A stretch of 64,000 bases of DNA from a virus (IMGVR_UViG_3300020576_004326:1-64000), one strand, 5' to 3'; shown: positions 27,684 to 36,868, numbered from the stretch's first letter. Program-made: numbers and translations. The notes: a model not told the origin generated them from the letters alone.

Positions 27684-29075
27684 TGCTACCACTCGATCCT
27701 AGACGACGCCGCTCGGCGCCTGGGCGAAGATGAGCTGTACCGCATCAAAGACGGCTTCGTCTTCTACAAGCCCCCGGCCCTGTGGCTCTCGCCGTCGTCT
27801 CCCTCTCGCCGTAACCTCCGCGGCCGAACTCGCGTGTTCGCGGGCGTAGACGAAATGGGCCACTTCTCCGAGAGCACCGACAAGGTGAACATATCGGGCC
27901 TCGAGGTTTGGCGTGCTCTCACCCGCTCGCTGTCGACCGTGCGACCCGCCGTGCGCCGCCTGCGCAAGAAGGGCGTCGTCAACGTGCCGCCCGCCATCGC
28001 CGTGTCGATCTCGTCCCCCTGGGAGGTGAGCGATCCGCAGATGCAGCTCTACAACGCCGCGGAGCGCCAGGGCAGCACCTACGCCATGATGCGCCCGACC
28101 TGGGAAGCCAACCCCGACATCACGTTCGAAGACTTGGCCGACGAGTTCGCGCTCGATCCGGCTACCGCCTGGCGCGACTACGGCTGCCGCCCGCCCTACT
28201 CCGCCGCGTCGTTCGTCAACGGCCTAGACCCGTTCAAGCGGTGCATCGATCGCACGCTGCGCAACGCCGTCGCCCAGCGTACCGTAGTCGTTCGACCCAA
28301 GTCGAAGAAGGAGGCCAAGAAGCTGCGCGGCATCTCGGTGTCGGCGAAGCTCAAGTTCAGGTGGGAAGACGACTCGGTCCCGAAGATCATGGCGCTCGAC
28401 GCCGGCAAGCACAAGAACGCCTTCGCGGTGTGCGTCGCGCACATCGACTCGGAGGGGCGCCTGGCCTACGACGCCTTCGTGGAGGTGCGCCCGCGGCACA
28501 ACAAGCCCGTGTCGTTCACCCGCGTGTACGAGAAGGTGCTGCTGCCGCTAGCCAAGCGCATGAACGTAGTCGTCACGATCTCGGATCGGTGGCAGCAGGA
28601 GACTATCGTAGAGAAGCTGTCGGAGGACGCCGACACGGAGCACTTCAACCATCGCCTGACGTACGGAGAGTTTCAGGCGTGGCGCGACGACCTGATCCAC
28701 GAGCAGCTCGTGCTCCCGAAGCCCGAGAAGAAGGTGAAAGAGATTCTGCACGTCGAGGGTCCCGAAGAGTCGGCGTTCGACGACTGCCCCGTGTCTCAGT
28801 TCATTCGCCAGAGCATACGCGTCGTAGACGTTCCCGGCAAGACGGTAGACAAGCCGGCGGTAGGCAACGACGACGTGTTCCGCACGGGCGTGCTGGCTCA
28901 CGCCGGTGCCCAGCTCCCCGAGATAATCGAGCTACTCACGCAGGGTGAGGTGGGCCGTAAGGCCGTCGGGGGCATCGGCGCGGTGGCCACCGTAACAGGC
29001 GGCGGCAGCTCGCTCACCGTCGCGAAGGGCATCGGGGTGGCGGCCAAGGGCTCGGTGGGCGCCGTGGCGCGCTGA
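27525..29075 (+). CDS. terL: Terminase large subunit, C-terminal part, preceded by the split intein C-half
   Basis: Walker B FAGVDEMGH; RNase H-like nuclease MALDAGK, DDVFR. Confidence 0.85.
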   Translation: MERAEMSLVKLKDGSSVSVARLSRKTLVGEARVFDIEVRDHHNFYAGGINVHNCYHSILDDAARRLGEDELYRIKDGFVFYKPPALWLSPSSPSRRNLRGRTRVFAGVDEMGHFSESTDKVNISGLEVWRALTRSLSTVRPAVRRLRKKGVVNVPPAIAVSISSPWEVSDPQMQLYNAAERQGSTYAMMRPTWEANPDITFEDLADEFALDPATAWRDYGCRPPYSAASFVNGLDPFKRCIDRTLRNAVAQRTVVVRPKSKKEAKKLRGISVSAKLKFRWEDDSVPKIMALDAGKHKNAFAVCVAHIDSEGRLAYDAFVEVRPRHNKPVSFTRVYEKVLLPLAKRMNVVVTISDRWQQETIVEKLSEDADTEHFNHRLTYGEFQAWRDDLIHEQLVLPKPEKKVKEILHVEGPEESAFDDCPVSQFIRQSIRVVDVPGKTVDKPAVGNDDVFRTGVLAHAGAQLPEIIELLTQGEVGRKAVGGIGAVATVTGGGSSLTVAKGIGVAAKGSVGAVAR

Positions 29076-29111
29076 GGCGCTTCACCCTCGCGGCTATCGC
29101 AGAAGACGTCG

Positions 29112-29140
29112 TGCTCGGGGCGCTCAACCCCGAGCATTTT
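29112..29140 (+). terminator. Rho-independent terminator after terL
   Basis: tgctcgggg/ccccgagca 9-bp stem plus tttt. Confidence 0.65.
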
Positions 29141-29155
29141 CGCGTCTTCTTAGGA

Positions 29156-29167
29156 CGAGTAAATATA
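29156..29167 (+). promoter_or_regulatory. CGAGTAAATATA motif, candidate phage promoter for the HNH gene
   Basis: Follows a terminator, about 30 nt before the ATG; identical to 12376-12387. Confidence 0.5.
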
Positions 29168-29195
29168 TTTCGTTCTCTAGCAAGGGCGGTGTCAT

Positions 29196-29936
29196 ATGCG
29201 CTTCGAAGTTCAACCCGGGGATCGCTTTGGTGATATTATAGTCTTGCAAGAACTTTCACACTACGTTTCTCCAAAGGGGTCGATCAAGCGAAGGTTCCGT
29301 TGCCGATGTCGATGTGGGTTTACTGACGAGTACCTTCTACCTCATATAAGAAAAGGAAAAATGCGTGCCCATGCTTGTAGGATCACCGGATCTGACCGAG
29401 CGTATAACCGACACGGACTGAGTAAGCACCGCCTGTACACCGTATGGAAAGATATGATCCGGCGATGCTATAATGATAAGCATCCTCGGTACGCAGATTA
29501 CGGCGGCCGCGGAATTAGGGTCTGCAAGTCGTGGCGAAGATCGGTTGCAGAGTTTATAAACTGGGAAGAATCGCTTCCTCAAAAGACGCGCTGGTCTGCA
29601 GGCAAGAGCTTGGATCGTATCGACAACGATGGCGACTACTCTCCGAATAATTGTCGGTGGGCTACTGCTCTGGAGCAAGCTAATAACCAGCGACCGAAGC
29701 GACCAAGAGATCCTAAATCTTTCTCTGGAGGTCGTAGTCCTTATCTCTTGGTTACTTATAAAGGCCGACGCCTGTTGGCCACAGATTTGTACGAGATGTA
29801 CGAATCTTCGGGTGCTCTGGGTATGGGAGTTACCTACGACACCTTCCTTCGCCGCATACGGGAAGGCCTCAAGCCCAGAGTTGCGCTTACCCGGCCCAGA
29901 TACGCTAGAAATACTACAAAAACGGGGCATTCTTAG
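29196..29936 (+). mobile_element. HNH homing endonuclease
   Basis: YGGRGIRVC...LDRIDNDGDYSPNNCRW; low GC. Confidence 0.88.
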
Positions 29937-29962
29937 CCGTTCGCCTTTCGTTCTCCCTCGCC

Positions 29963-29991
29963 TTTACAGGGGGCTAGAACGGTGCTATACT
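29963..29991 (+). promoter_or_regulatory. Strong sigma70-type (early) promoter
   Basis: TTTACA-N17-TATACT with extended TGn; 8-bp palindrome gcgagcga-t-tcgctcgc at 29998-30014. Confidence 0.8.
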
Positions 29992-30066
29992 AGAGACGCG
30001 AGCGATTCGCTCGCCGGGGGCGATTCGTCGTCACCGCATTTCGACGGACTTTCAAGGAGCATTTCG

Positions 30067-30282
30067 ATGATCGAAGCGATGAGCAAGACGCAAGTCGGCG
30101 TGTGGGACTACGCTCGGCAGAAGTTTATCGAGTTCGTGCCCTGCCCGGGCGAGAAGCGCGTGCGTATCGACGTGTACGACTCGCTCGACAACTACGGAGT
30201 CTTCGCGGGCACCTACCAGGGCCGCACGTTCGTGCCCACCGACGGCAAGCAGCTGTCCGACTGGCAGATCGACCTCACCTGA
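30067..30282 (+). CDS. Small early-type hypothetical protein
   Basis: aggag RBS, first ORF after the promoter. Confidence 0.6.
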   Translation: MIEAMSKTQVGVWDYARQKFIEFVPCPGEKRVRIDVYDSLDNYGVFAGTYQGRTFVPTDGKQLSDWQIDLT

Positions 30283-30293
30283 AGGAGAACGAC

Positions 30294-30557
30294 GTGCGCC
30301 AGAAGCAGTACCGCGGCAGGCAGCAGGCCGGCCGCATCGTGGTGGTCCAGATATCTAGAGAGGTCCACGAGCGCATACGCGAACTCGCGGCCCAGCGGCA
30401 AGAGCGCATAGGGGTGCTGTCTACGCGCCTGATGGACTTCGCCCTCGACAACTACCCCGCCGCCGACCTCGCGGCGAAGGAGAAATCGGGTTCGCAGTTC
30501 GACGAACTCGAACGGCGGGTCGCCGCCCTCGAAGCTCGCTTCGCCGAGCAGCGCTGA
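30294..30557 (+). CDS. Small protein, possible ribbon-helix-helix DNA-binding domain
   Basis: IVVVQISREVHERIRELA strand-helix pattern; GTG start after aaggag. Confidence 0.45.
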   Translation: MRQKQYRGRQQAGRIVVVQISREVHERIRELAAQRQERIGVLSTRLMDFALDNYPAADLAAKEKSGSQFDELERRVAALEARFAEQR

Positions 30558-30634
30558 CTACCAGAGGGCGCACGCGCCCTCTGCATTTCGATCTTTTCAC
30601 CCGATCGCAGAGCGATCACATTCGGAGAAGTACC

Positions 30635-31339
30635 ATGTTCACTTTCGGAAAAGAAGCCGACCTCCACTTCGCTGCCGCCGACGGCTCGCAGCTCGTCGCC
30701 GTCACCGAGAACGGCCACCTGCGCCTCTGCGTCGGCGACGCCCGCGGAAACTACGCAGAGTTCGTGCTCGCGCCGTCGCGCGAGAAGGCAGACGCGACGG
30801 TGGGCACGTCGAACGACCCGCAGTTCACTCTCCTCCAGTGCCTGTCGGCCGCGGTCGAGCACGCCGCCGCAACCGCTCGCCGTCTGCGGGCCGGCGAGGT
30901 CGAGGGCGTTCTCAAGTTCTCGCCGCCCGCGGCGCCAGGCCTTGACCACATCCGCGAAGATCGGCCGCGCCGGCAGGTCAGCGCGCAGGCATTCGAGATG
31001 CAGGCCGCACGCGCGGTGCGCTACCAGCGCGACAAGCGCATTCGCGAGGGCGGCAAGTTCGTGCTGTTCGCCGACGAGAACGACACGAGCGCTACGGCGG
31101 ACAGCCTCCGCAGCGACTTCACGATCCCGATCGCGATGAGCGAGCGCGGCGCTCTGGTGACGGCGGTGCGACGCGCCAATCTCAATCGCGGCAGCCGGCC
31201 GAACGAACTCTGGTCGAACCGCCCCGACGGCGCGTGGCTGACCGAAGACTTCACCGTCACGGTGAACGAAGCCGGCCACTACGTCGTCGCGGTCGACCCC
31301 AATCGTGCGCGTGAGACTTCGATGGCTCGCAGCGCCTGA
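30635..31339 (+). CDS. Hypothetical protein
   Basis: ggag RBS, 234 aa. Confidence 0.6.
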   Translation: MFTFGKEADLHFAAADGSQLVAVTENGHLRLCVGDARGNYAEFVLAPSREKADATVGTSNDPQFTLLQCLSAAVEHAAATARRLRAGEVEGVLKFSPPAAPGLDHIREDRPRRQVSAQAFEMQAARAVRYQRDKRIREGGKFVLFADENDTSATADSLRSDFTIPIAMSERGALVTAVRRANLNRGSRPNELWSNRPDGAWLTEDFTVTVNEAGHYVVAVDPNRARETSMARSA

Positions 31340-31348
31340 CGCCAACCT

Positions 31349-31377
31349 GCGGTGGCGGGGAGACTCTCCGCCACCGC
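31349..31377 (+). terminator. Intergenic stem-loop
   Basis: gcggtggcgg/ccgccaccgc perfect 10-bp stem; weak U-tract. Confidence 0.45.
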
Positions 31378-31398
31378 TCTCTACAGAGAGGTACTTCG

Positions 31399-32064
31399 AT
31401 GCCCTACACGAACCACACGCTGCTTCTCCGCGACTGCACCACCCGCACTTCGGGTAACGGTATGTGGAGCAACCACGCGCGACCCGTAACGATCACCAAG
31501 CTCGAACTCGAAGGAGACTTCGAGGCGGGGTTCGATCCGAACTTCGGCCTGTCGGCCGTGTTCCCCCGTCGACAGTGGGACGTCGACAAGCACGGCCTGA
31601 TCTACGCCGACGTCGCCTGGCTCGCGCAGTTCCGCGAGCGCCTCGTCGAGGCGGGCTTCTCGGCTGATGCCGTCGCCAGCCTGCAGTTCACGGAACACGG
31701 CATGCAGGGACGAGACTACGTGTCCCTCGAATGCGGCGAGCAGTTCGCCGTCGAGTTCTACGCCTCTCGCGAGTGCTACGCCAAGCGCGGACGCGGCGAG
31801 CTGCCGTTCTTCCTCAAGGAGAAGATCGCGAAGCTGCGCGCTAACGACGTGACGTTCTCGCCTGCATTCGCGGGCTGGATAAACAACCTCTCCCAGTCGG
31901 TCGCGACCGACATGGTTGAGGGCCGCGACGACGCCGACTGCGTCGCGGAGCAGGTGCTCACCTGCATCGACAAGAGGTTCGCGCGCGAGCACGCGGCTCT
32001 CAAGCGCAAGCACGGGTACATGGCGGTGAACGCAGCCGCCGCCCGCATCGTAGCCACCTACTGA
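31399..32064 (+). CDS. Hypothetical protein
   Basis: gagg RBS, 221 aa. Confidence 0.65.
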   Translation: MPYTNHTLLLRDCTTRTSGNGMWSNHARPVTITKLELEGDFEAGFDPNFGLSAVFPRRQWDVDKHGLIYADVAWLAQFRERLVEAGFSADAVASLQFTEHGMQGRDYVSLECGEQFAVEFYASRECYAKRGRGELPFFLKEKIAKLRANDVTFSPAFAGWINNLSQSVATDMVEGRDDADCVAEQVLTCIDKRFAREHAALKRKHGYMAVNAAAARIVATY

Positions 32065-32075
32065 GGAATACTTCG

Positions 32076-32339
32076 ATGACCCAACTCGGAAAAGCAATCT
32101 CGATACTCGTGAGCGCCGAGCGCATCGAGCGCGACATGCACGACGACGTAGACGCGTGGGGCGCGCCCGGCGAGTGCCACGACCTCGTCGCTCGCGGCGA
32201 AGGGAAGCGCCTGCGCCACGCCCGCCGTCGGGCACTCCACGCCGCCGGCGTGAACAGCATGCGGGTTCTGAGAGCCCGTGTCCGTCGCGTCTGCACCGAC
32301 GCGTACTTCTACAAGCGTTACGGCTACGTGCCCTACTGA
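32076..32339 (+). CDS. Hypothetical protein
   Basis: gagga RBS. Confidence 0.55.
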   Translation: MTQLGKAISILVSAERIERDMHDDVDAWGAPGECHDLVARGEGKRLRHARRRALHAAGVNSMRVLRARVRRVCTDAYFYKRYGYVPY

Positions 32340-32351
32340 GGAGAGAAGACT

Positions 32352-32825
32352 ATGGCTACCAAGAGCAAGCAGAAACTTCCGTCGCGCATCCCCGTCGACC
32401 CCGTCCGTTCGCTAGACGGGTTCTCTCTGGGCGACCGGGTCGCCTATCGCGAGGAGAGCGTCTTCCGATTCTCGCAAGAAGACGTCGACACGAAAGCGTG
32501 CCCGCCGAACGACTTCGTGATTCGGTCGTTCGTGTCTCGGGACGGGCAGAGCTCCGCGTACCTCATCGACGCCGACGGCAACAACGCCGGCTGCGAAGAG
32601 ACGCACAACCTCGACAAGCTGTCGGGCAAGTTCCGGCTATTCTCGATCCTCGACGACGCCTGCGACGCGAACACATTCGCGGGCCCCGTCAGCGTGTCCG
32701 TCTTGCACGACTACGTGCGCGCCAACCACGGCGAGCGGGACGCGATCTCGCTCGTCAAGTTCGACAGCAGGCAGCTCGACAGGCTGCTCGCCGTCTACGT
32801 GTCTTCTCGAATCGAAGGAGCCTAG
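32352..32825 (+). CDS. Hypothetical protein
   Basis: gaggag RBS. Confidence 0.6.
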   Translation: MATKSKQKLPSRIPVDPVRSLDGFSLGDRVAYREESVFRFSQEDVDTKACPPNDFVIRSFVSRDGQSSAYLIDADGNNAGCEETHNLDKLSGKFRLFSILDDACDANTFAGPVSVSVLHDYVRANHGERDAISLVKFDSRQLDRLLAVYVSSRIEGA

Positions 32826-32827
32826 CC

Positions 32828-33196
32828 GTGGCCGACATTTCCGAATACCAGATCGTGCAGGTCTCGTCTCGTGACGGCATCACCCCGCGCGAGTATCTCA
32901 TCCACCGCGACGAGGTCGACCGCTTCGTCGCGGCTACGGTGCAGCTCCACGGACCAGGGTGCGTAAATCCCTATAGCGGCAACGCGACGACTCCCGTCGA
33001 CCTCATCGCCGTCGGCGACGTCGTGCCCGCAGGGCCCTACTGGTGGACCACCCCGGGTCTGCTTAACAACTACGACCCCACCGGCGCCCGCATCTTCCGC
33101 GCCGAGGTCTTCAAGCAGATCTGGATAAGCCCCGCGTACAAGGCGCGGCTAGAAGCCCATCGCCAGTCCGAACTCGATGCGGAGGCGAGTCCATGA
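32828..33196 (+). CDS. Hypothetical protein
   Basis: GTG start after aaggag. Confidence 0.55.
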   Translation: MADISEYQIVQVSSRDGITPREYLIHRDEVDRFVAATVQLHGPGCVNPYSGNATTPVDLIAVGDVVPAGPYWWTTPGLLNNYDPTGARIFRAEVFKQIWISPAYKARLEAHRQSELDAEASP

Positions 33197-33468
33197 CGCC
33201 CCTGCAGGAGGCCGCGCTGCGCATCTCCGAACTCAAGGCGGCTGTAGACGACGAACAGCGTTTCGAGGAGGAGACGAGCCAGCGCTCGGAGAACCTGGCC
33301 CTGCTCAAGGAGCTGCTCCGCGTAGACCGCGCGCTGTTCGTGCAGGGCACCACGTCGGAGGAGCGCATCGCCGCGATGAAGTGGGTGTCGTCGTACCTCG
33401 ACGCCGAGCACTCGTCGAGCGTGCCCGCCGACCGCATCCTCTTCCAGCTGATGAGGAGGTCGAAGTGA
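33193..33468 (+). CDS. Hypothetical protein
   Basis: ATGA overlap with the upstream stop. Confidence 0.55.
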   Translation: MTPLQEAALRISELKAAVDDEQRFEEETSQRSENLALLKELLRVDRALFVQGTTSEERIAAMKWVSSYLDAEHSSSVPADRILFQLMRRSK

Positions 33469-33674
33469 CCAACCACCGCGGGCCAGAAAGCGTGGCGCCC
33501 GGCGACGCTCGGTGCGAAGCCCTCGTGAAGGGAAAGCCATACTACGTGTTCGAGTGGATGAAAGTAGACCACCGCTGCCCCAAGCGAGCGTGCCAGATGC
33601 GCGGGCCTATAGCCGTGTGCCACCTGCACGCTCGGTCGAAGGCGGTCGAGAAGTTTGAGGGAGTAGCGAGGTGA
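33465..33674 (+). CDS. Small Cys/His-containing hypothetical protein
   Basis: gaggagg RBS, C...C..H pattern. Confidence 0.5.
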   Translation: MTNHRGPESVAPGDARCEALVKGKPYYVFEWMKVDHRCPKRACQMRGPIAVCHLHARSKAVEKFEGVAR

Positions 33675-33952
33675 AGCAGTCGATCAAGTTGGGTCGGGTA
33701 GCGACCGACAGGCACGAAGTGGGAGACCTCGTCGTGTGGCGAGACGACAATTTTGCAACGATCACGGGCGGTCGCCGTCGCTACGGCGACGGGCCTTTCC
33801 GCGTTCTCGAAGTGCGCGACGCGCCGCTGTACGTCACCGGGGCGGGGTGGTCGAACCACAAGAGCATGGGACACACGCAGCACGTCACGGTGCGCATGTC
33901 TACGAGCGAGAAAGAGGTGTTCTCGGGAGCCTTCTTTCGCAAATCTTCGTAA
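33671..33952 (+). CDS. Hypothetical protein
   Basis: GTGA overlap with the upstream stop. Confidence 0.55.
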   Translation: MKQSIKLGRVATDRHEVGDLVVWRDDNFATITGGRRRYGDGPFRVLEVRDAPLYVTGAGWSNHKSMGHTQHVTVRMSTSEKEVFSGAFFRKSS

Positions 33953-34158
33953 GAGGAGGTACTTCGATGCTAGAAGTGTACGAGGTCACGACCGCCAACG
34001 GAGGCAACGTCCGCGTGCTCGTCGACCCAAAGGACGTTGCGATAAGCGGCGACGCGCGGAGCCTGCAGCGGCGACCTCGCCGAGCGCCAGCAGTACGAGA
34101 AGGCCGAGAGCAAGCTTCGCGCCGAGATCGTGCTCCGCATGGGCAAGGAGAAGTCGTG

Positions 34159-34539
34159 ATGCGCGAGCAGCTAGACTGCCAGTCATGCGGCGCCTGCTGC
34201 GTAGAGGCGGGCCCCGTCTCGGTTAACGTGTACGACTCGACGCCGCGGTGGCGCACGCGCTCTATCCGCTACTCGATGCCGTACACGGAGCAAGACGTGC
34301 GGGACGGCGTGCGCCAGATGGACAAGTACCTGGGCGGCCGATGCAAGGCGCTCGCCGGCGTCGTATGCAAGTCGGTGTCGTGCAGGATATACGACACTCG
34401 CCCCGCAGTGTGTCGCACGTTCGAGCCGGGTAGCGCGGGGTGCCTAGAGAGCCGCGCTACCGCGCTCCGCAAGGCTGCTGCGCCAGAAGACGACGGGTAT
34501 CGAGGCTACGGAACCAACTGGAAACGGACGGTTACCTAG
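34159..34539 (+). CDS. YkgJ-family (CxxCxxCC) Zn/Fe-chelating protein
   Basis: CQSCGACC...CKAL...CRIYDTRPAVCRTF. Confidence 0.8.
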   Translation: MREQLDCQSCGACCVEAGPVSVNVYDSTPRWRTRSIRYSMPYTEQDVRDGVRQMDKYLGGRCKALAGVVCKSVSCRIYDTRPAVCRTFEPGSAGCLESRATALRKAAAPEDDGYRGYGTNWKRTVT

Positions 34540-34674
34540 CGCATCGCATGCGTGCGGCGGGCAATACGACGCTCCGCCGCACGAGTAAAGGTGAGAAGAC
34601 GAAGGTTGTTCAGCGAGCTGCGACCGTAGTTGGTCGAAGCTCGGTGCGCATCCCGCGCCAAGAGGAGAGAACCT

Positions 34675-35016
34675 ATGAAAGCCGCAAAGAAGTACCGCGA
34701 GGCGATGAACCTGCTCAACCACTTCCAGGCGCCGTTCCGCGAGCTGATCCCCACCCTCGGCCGCGACCAGCTGGCCTCGATCATCGCCGCCGCGAAGGCA
34801 CGCGACCGCATCCTCGCCAAGGCCGAGAAGAAGCAGGCCGACGCGATCACCAAGGCCGGGAGCATGGGCGCTCGCGCCCACAAGTTCTTGACGAAGCATC
34901 GGGTGGACACCGAACTCGTCATGGGGTCGAAGCCCGTCGCCAAGGCCGCCAAGGCGTTCGGCAAGAAGGCGAGCAAGTCGGAGACGTCGCCCTTCCCCGT
35001 CCGCCAGGCGAGCTGA
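34675..35016 (+). CDS. Basic helical hypothetical protein
   Basis: gaggag RBS; hairpin ggggcgga/tccgcccc follows. Confidence 0.6.
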   Translation: MKAAKKYREAMNLLNHFQAPFRELIPTLGRDQLASIIAAAKARDRILAKAEKKQADAITKAGSMGARAHKFLTKHRVDTELVMGSKPVAKAAKAFGKKASKSETSPFPVRQAS

Positions 35017-35071
35017 TCCGCACCGGGGCGGAGAAGTTATCCGCCCCGCCCTCTAAGCCAAGGAGACTTCG

Positions 35072-35362
35072 GTGGCTACCAACCCGTACGCGAAGGTACC
35101 GCGCCTGCCGTTCTCGCGTCACGACGAGCAGACGGTAGAGGTGGTGGGCTACGTTCCCGACCACGACGTGAAGCCTACGCACCTAGACGTGAAGAACGAC
35201 GCCGGCGAGGTGTATCGCCTGCCCGTTACCCACGCGCTGCTCTACAAGCTAGTCGAGCTGATCTGCACCTACAACCGCGAAGACCCGATCGGCGCGCGTA
35301 TCGTCGTATCTTCGTCGGCCAACAAGAACGCCTACCTCGTCTGCAAGGGAGCAGACTGGTAG
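35072..35362 (+). CDS. Hypothetical protein
   Basis: aggag RBS. Confidence 0.55.
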   Translation: MATNPYAKVPRLPFSRHDEQTVEVVGYVPDHDVKPTHLDVKNDAGEVYRLPVTHALLYKLVELICTYNREDPIGARIVVSSSANKNAYLVCKGADW

Positions 35363-35403
35363 GACGAGTTACTTCGATCACACTTCGACAGGAGAACACT
35401 GCG

Positions 35404-35745
35404 ATGGTAAAGAAAAAGCGCAAGACGGTGCAGGAGGAGGTAGACGAGAGTCCGCGGCGCGTAGCCAAGAAGGCGCTGCGCGCGTCTGCCGACGCGGGCA
35501 CCAAGAGCCGCCCTGAGGGGCTCCTCGTGCTGAAGCTGAGCGACGTGCAGCACCTGCGCGCCGAGATTTCCGACTTCACTGGCACTGAGCAGTTCGTGCT
35601 GCAGCGGTGGATGAAGACGAAGAAGGTCGGGTGGGTGCGGACGAAGGCCCGTCTCGGATTCGACCTGAAGGTCGCACGCGACCTGCCCGAAGCCGTCGGC
35701 GCCGCGATCGCGGAGCTCCTTCCCAGAAAAAAGAAGAAGACGTAG
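35404..35745 (+). CDS. Basic hypothetical protein
   Basis: aggag RBS. Confidence 0.55.
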   Translation: MVKKKRKTVQEEVDESPRRVAKKALRASADAGTKSRPEGLLVLKLSDVQHLRAEISDFTGTEQFVLQRWMKTKKVGWVRTKARLGFDLKVARDLPEAVGAAIAELLPRKKKKT

Positions 35746-35748
35746 GCC

Positions 35749-36216
35749 ATGCACATCCACCTCACCGAGAAGCGTAAGTTCCTTATCGTCCCCAGATTTC
35801 CGGAGGGTGTAGCCAAAGACTGGCGCATCCCGCTGGGAGACCTGAATCTCGAGGTTACGACCGACTTGGTCGTGCGTAAGCTGCAGTCGGCGTCTCGCGG
35901 CAGATTTAGCAATCTCAACCTGTCGTGGCACGAAGCCATTCTGCTGCCGTACGGCTTCTACGACAACTGCCGAATCAGCAACGCGATTCTGGTCGGAGGA
36001 GAGTACTCTAAGTGCAACATGAAATATACGAGGCTGGTAGTAGAAGGCCGCCGAGAATCGCGAAAAGCGCCAGCGCCTGCTCAAGGAGCTGGAGGCCCGC
36101 CGCGACGCCAAGATCGGCACGATGTCGGAAGAAGACATCCTCAAGGAACTGGAGGGCCTCGACGGCCCGTCGCTCGCCGCGGCCGAGTAAAGATCGGCGA
36201 CGCTTCGGCCCCGTAG
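35749..36216 (+). CDS. Hypothetical protein, 3' end uncertain
   Basis: Lower-GC 5' part; 3' part overlaps an orphan coding fragment in another frame and the tRNA. Confidence 0.35.
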   Translation: MHIHLTEKRKFLIVPRFPEGVAKDWRIPLGDLNLEVTTDLVVRKLQSASRGRFSNLNLSWHEAILLPYGFYDNCRISNAILVGGEYSKCNMKYTRLVVEGRRESRKAPAPAQGAGGPPRRQDRHDVGRRHPQGTGGPRRPVARRGRVKIGDASAP

Positions 36217-36282
36217 CTCAGCGGTACGAGCGGCTCGTTTACACCGAGAAGGTCGCAGGTTCGATTCCTGCCGGGGCCACCA
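36207..36282 (+). tRNA. trnV: tRNA-Val (anticodon TAC)
   Basis: Acceptor stem ggccccg/cggggcc, D-arm gctc/gagc, loop ttTACac, GGTTCGATTCC T-loop, encoded CCA; 76 nt. Confidence 0.95.
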
Positions 36283-36287
36283 ACAAC

Positions 36288-36325
36288 TTGGGGAGGAGAG
36301 CCGTTCGCGCGACTCTCCTCCCCAA
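36288..36325 (+). terminator. 13-bp hairpin after the tRNA
   Basis: ttggggaggagag/ctctcctccccaa perfect inverted repeat. Confidence 0.55.
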
Positions 36326-36481
36326 CTCGCATGCTAGAGACGGAGCGACGCAGTGAACTACGAACTCTTGATGCTGAACGACGCGGTCGTGATGGTAGAA
36401 CGGGGCTGGACACAGCAGATACTCGCCCGCGGCACCGCGGGCGCCACGTCTCTATCTCCCAAAGCCGAAGGAGGGTAGCCC

Positions 36482-36868
36482 ATGAAGTGCTGCTTCTGCC
36501 CCGAGTCCGTTGAGCACGCGCGGGAGCGTGCCGGCCTCTCATGCTGCAAGGCGTGCGGAGACGCGGCCGCGAAGTTCGACCTGGCTTACAAGCACTCGCA
36601 GGTAGGTCCCGCGTACAACAAGGGCTCGCTCCAGTTTCTAGGCGGCGACAAGTTCCGCAGCAACGCACTAGACGCCGGGCGCAAGACGAGCGCGGTGGTG
36701 CCCGACGCTATACCCGACGCCGCTCCCGCGAAGCGCACCGCGCCCAGCGCACGACGCCGGCGAGTGGGCACGATGTGGACCGCAGACGGCGACTGCTTCG
36801 TGCTGTACGCCGGTGACGACCCCAAGAAGCGCGGTGCGGTGCGCTTCGTCTTCTCTCAGGAGAACTAA
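36482..36868 (+). CDS. Zn-finger hypothetical protein with PAYNKG motif
   Basis: CCFC...CCKAC; ggagg RBS. Confidence 0.55.
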   Translation: MKCCFCPESVEHARERAGLSCCKACGDAAAKFDLAYKHSQVGPAYNKGSLQFLGGDKFRSNALDAGRKTSAVVPDAIPDAAPAKRTAPSARRRRVGTMWTADGDCFVLYAGDDPKKRGAVRFVFSQEN

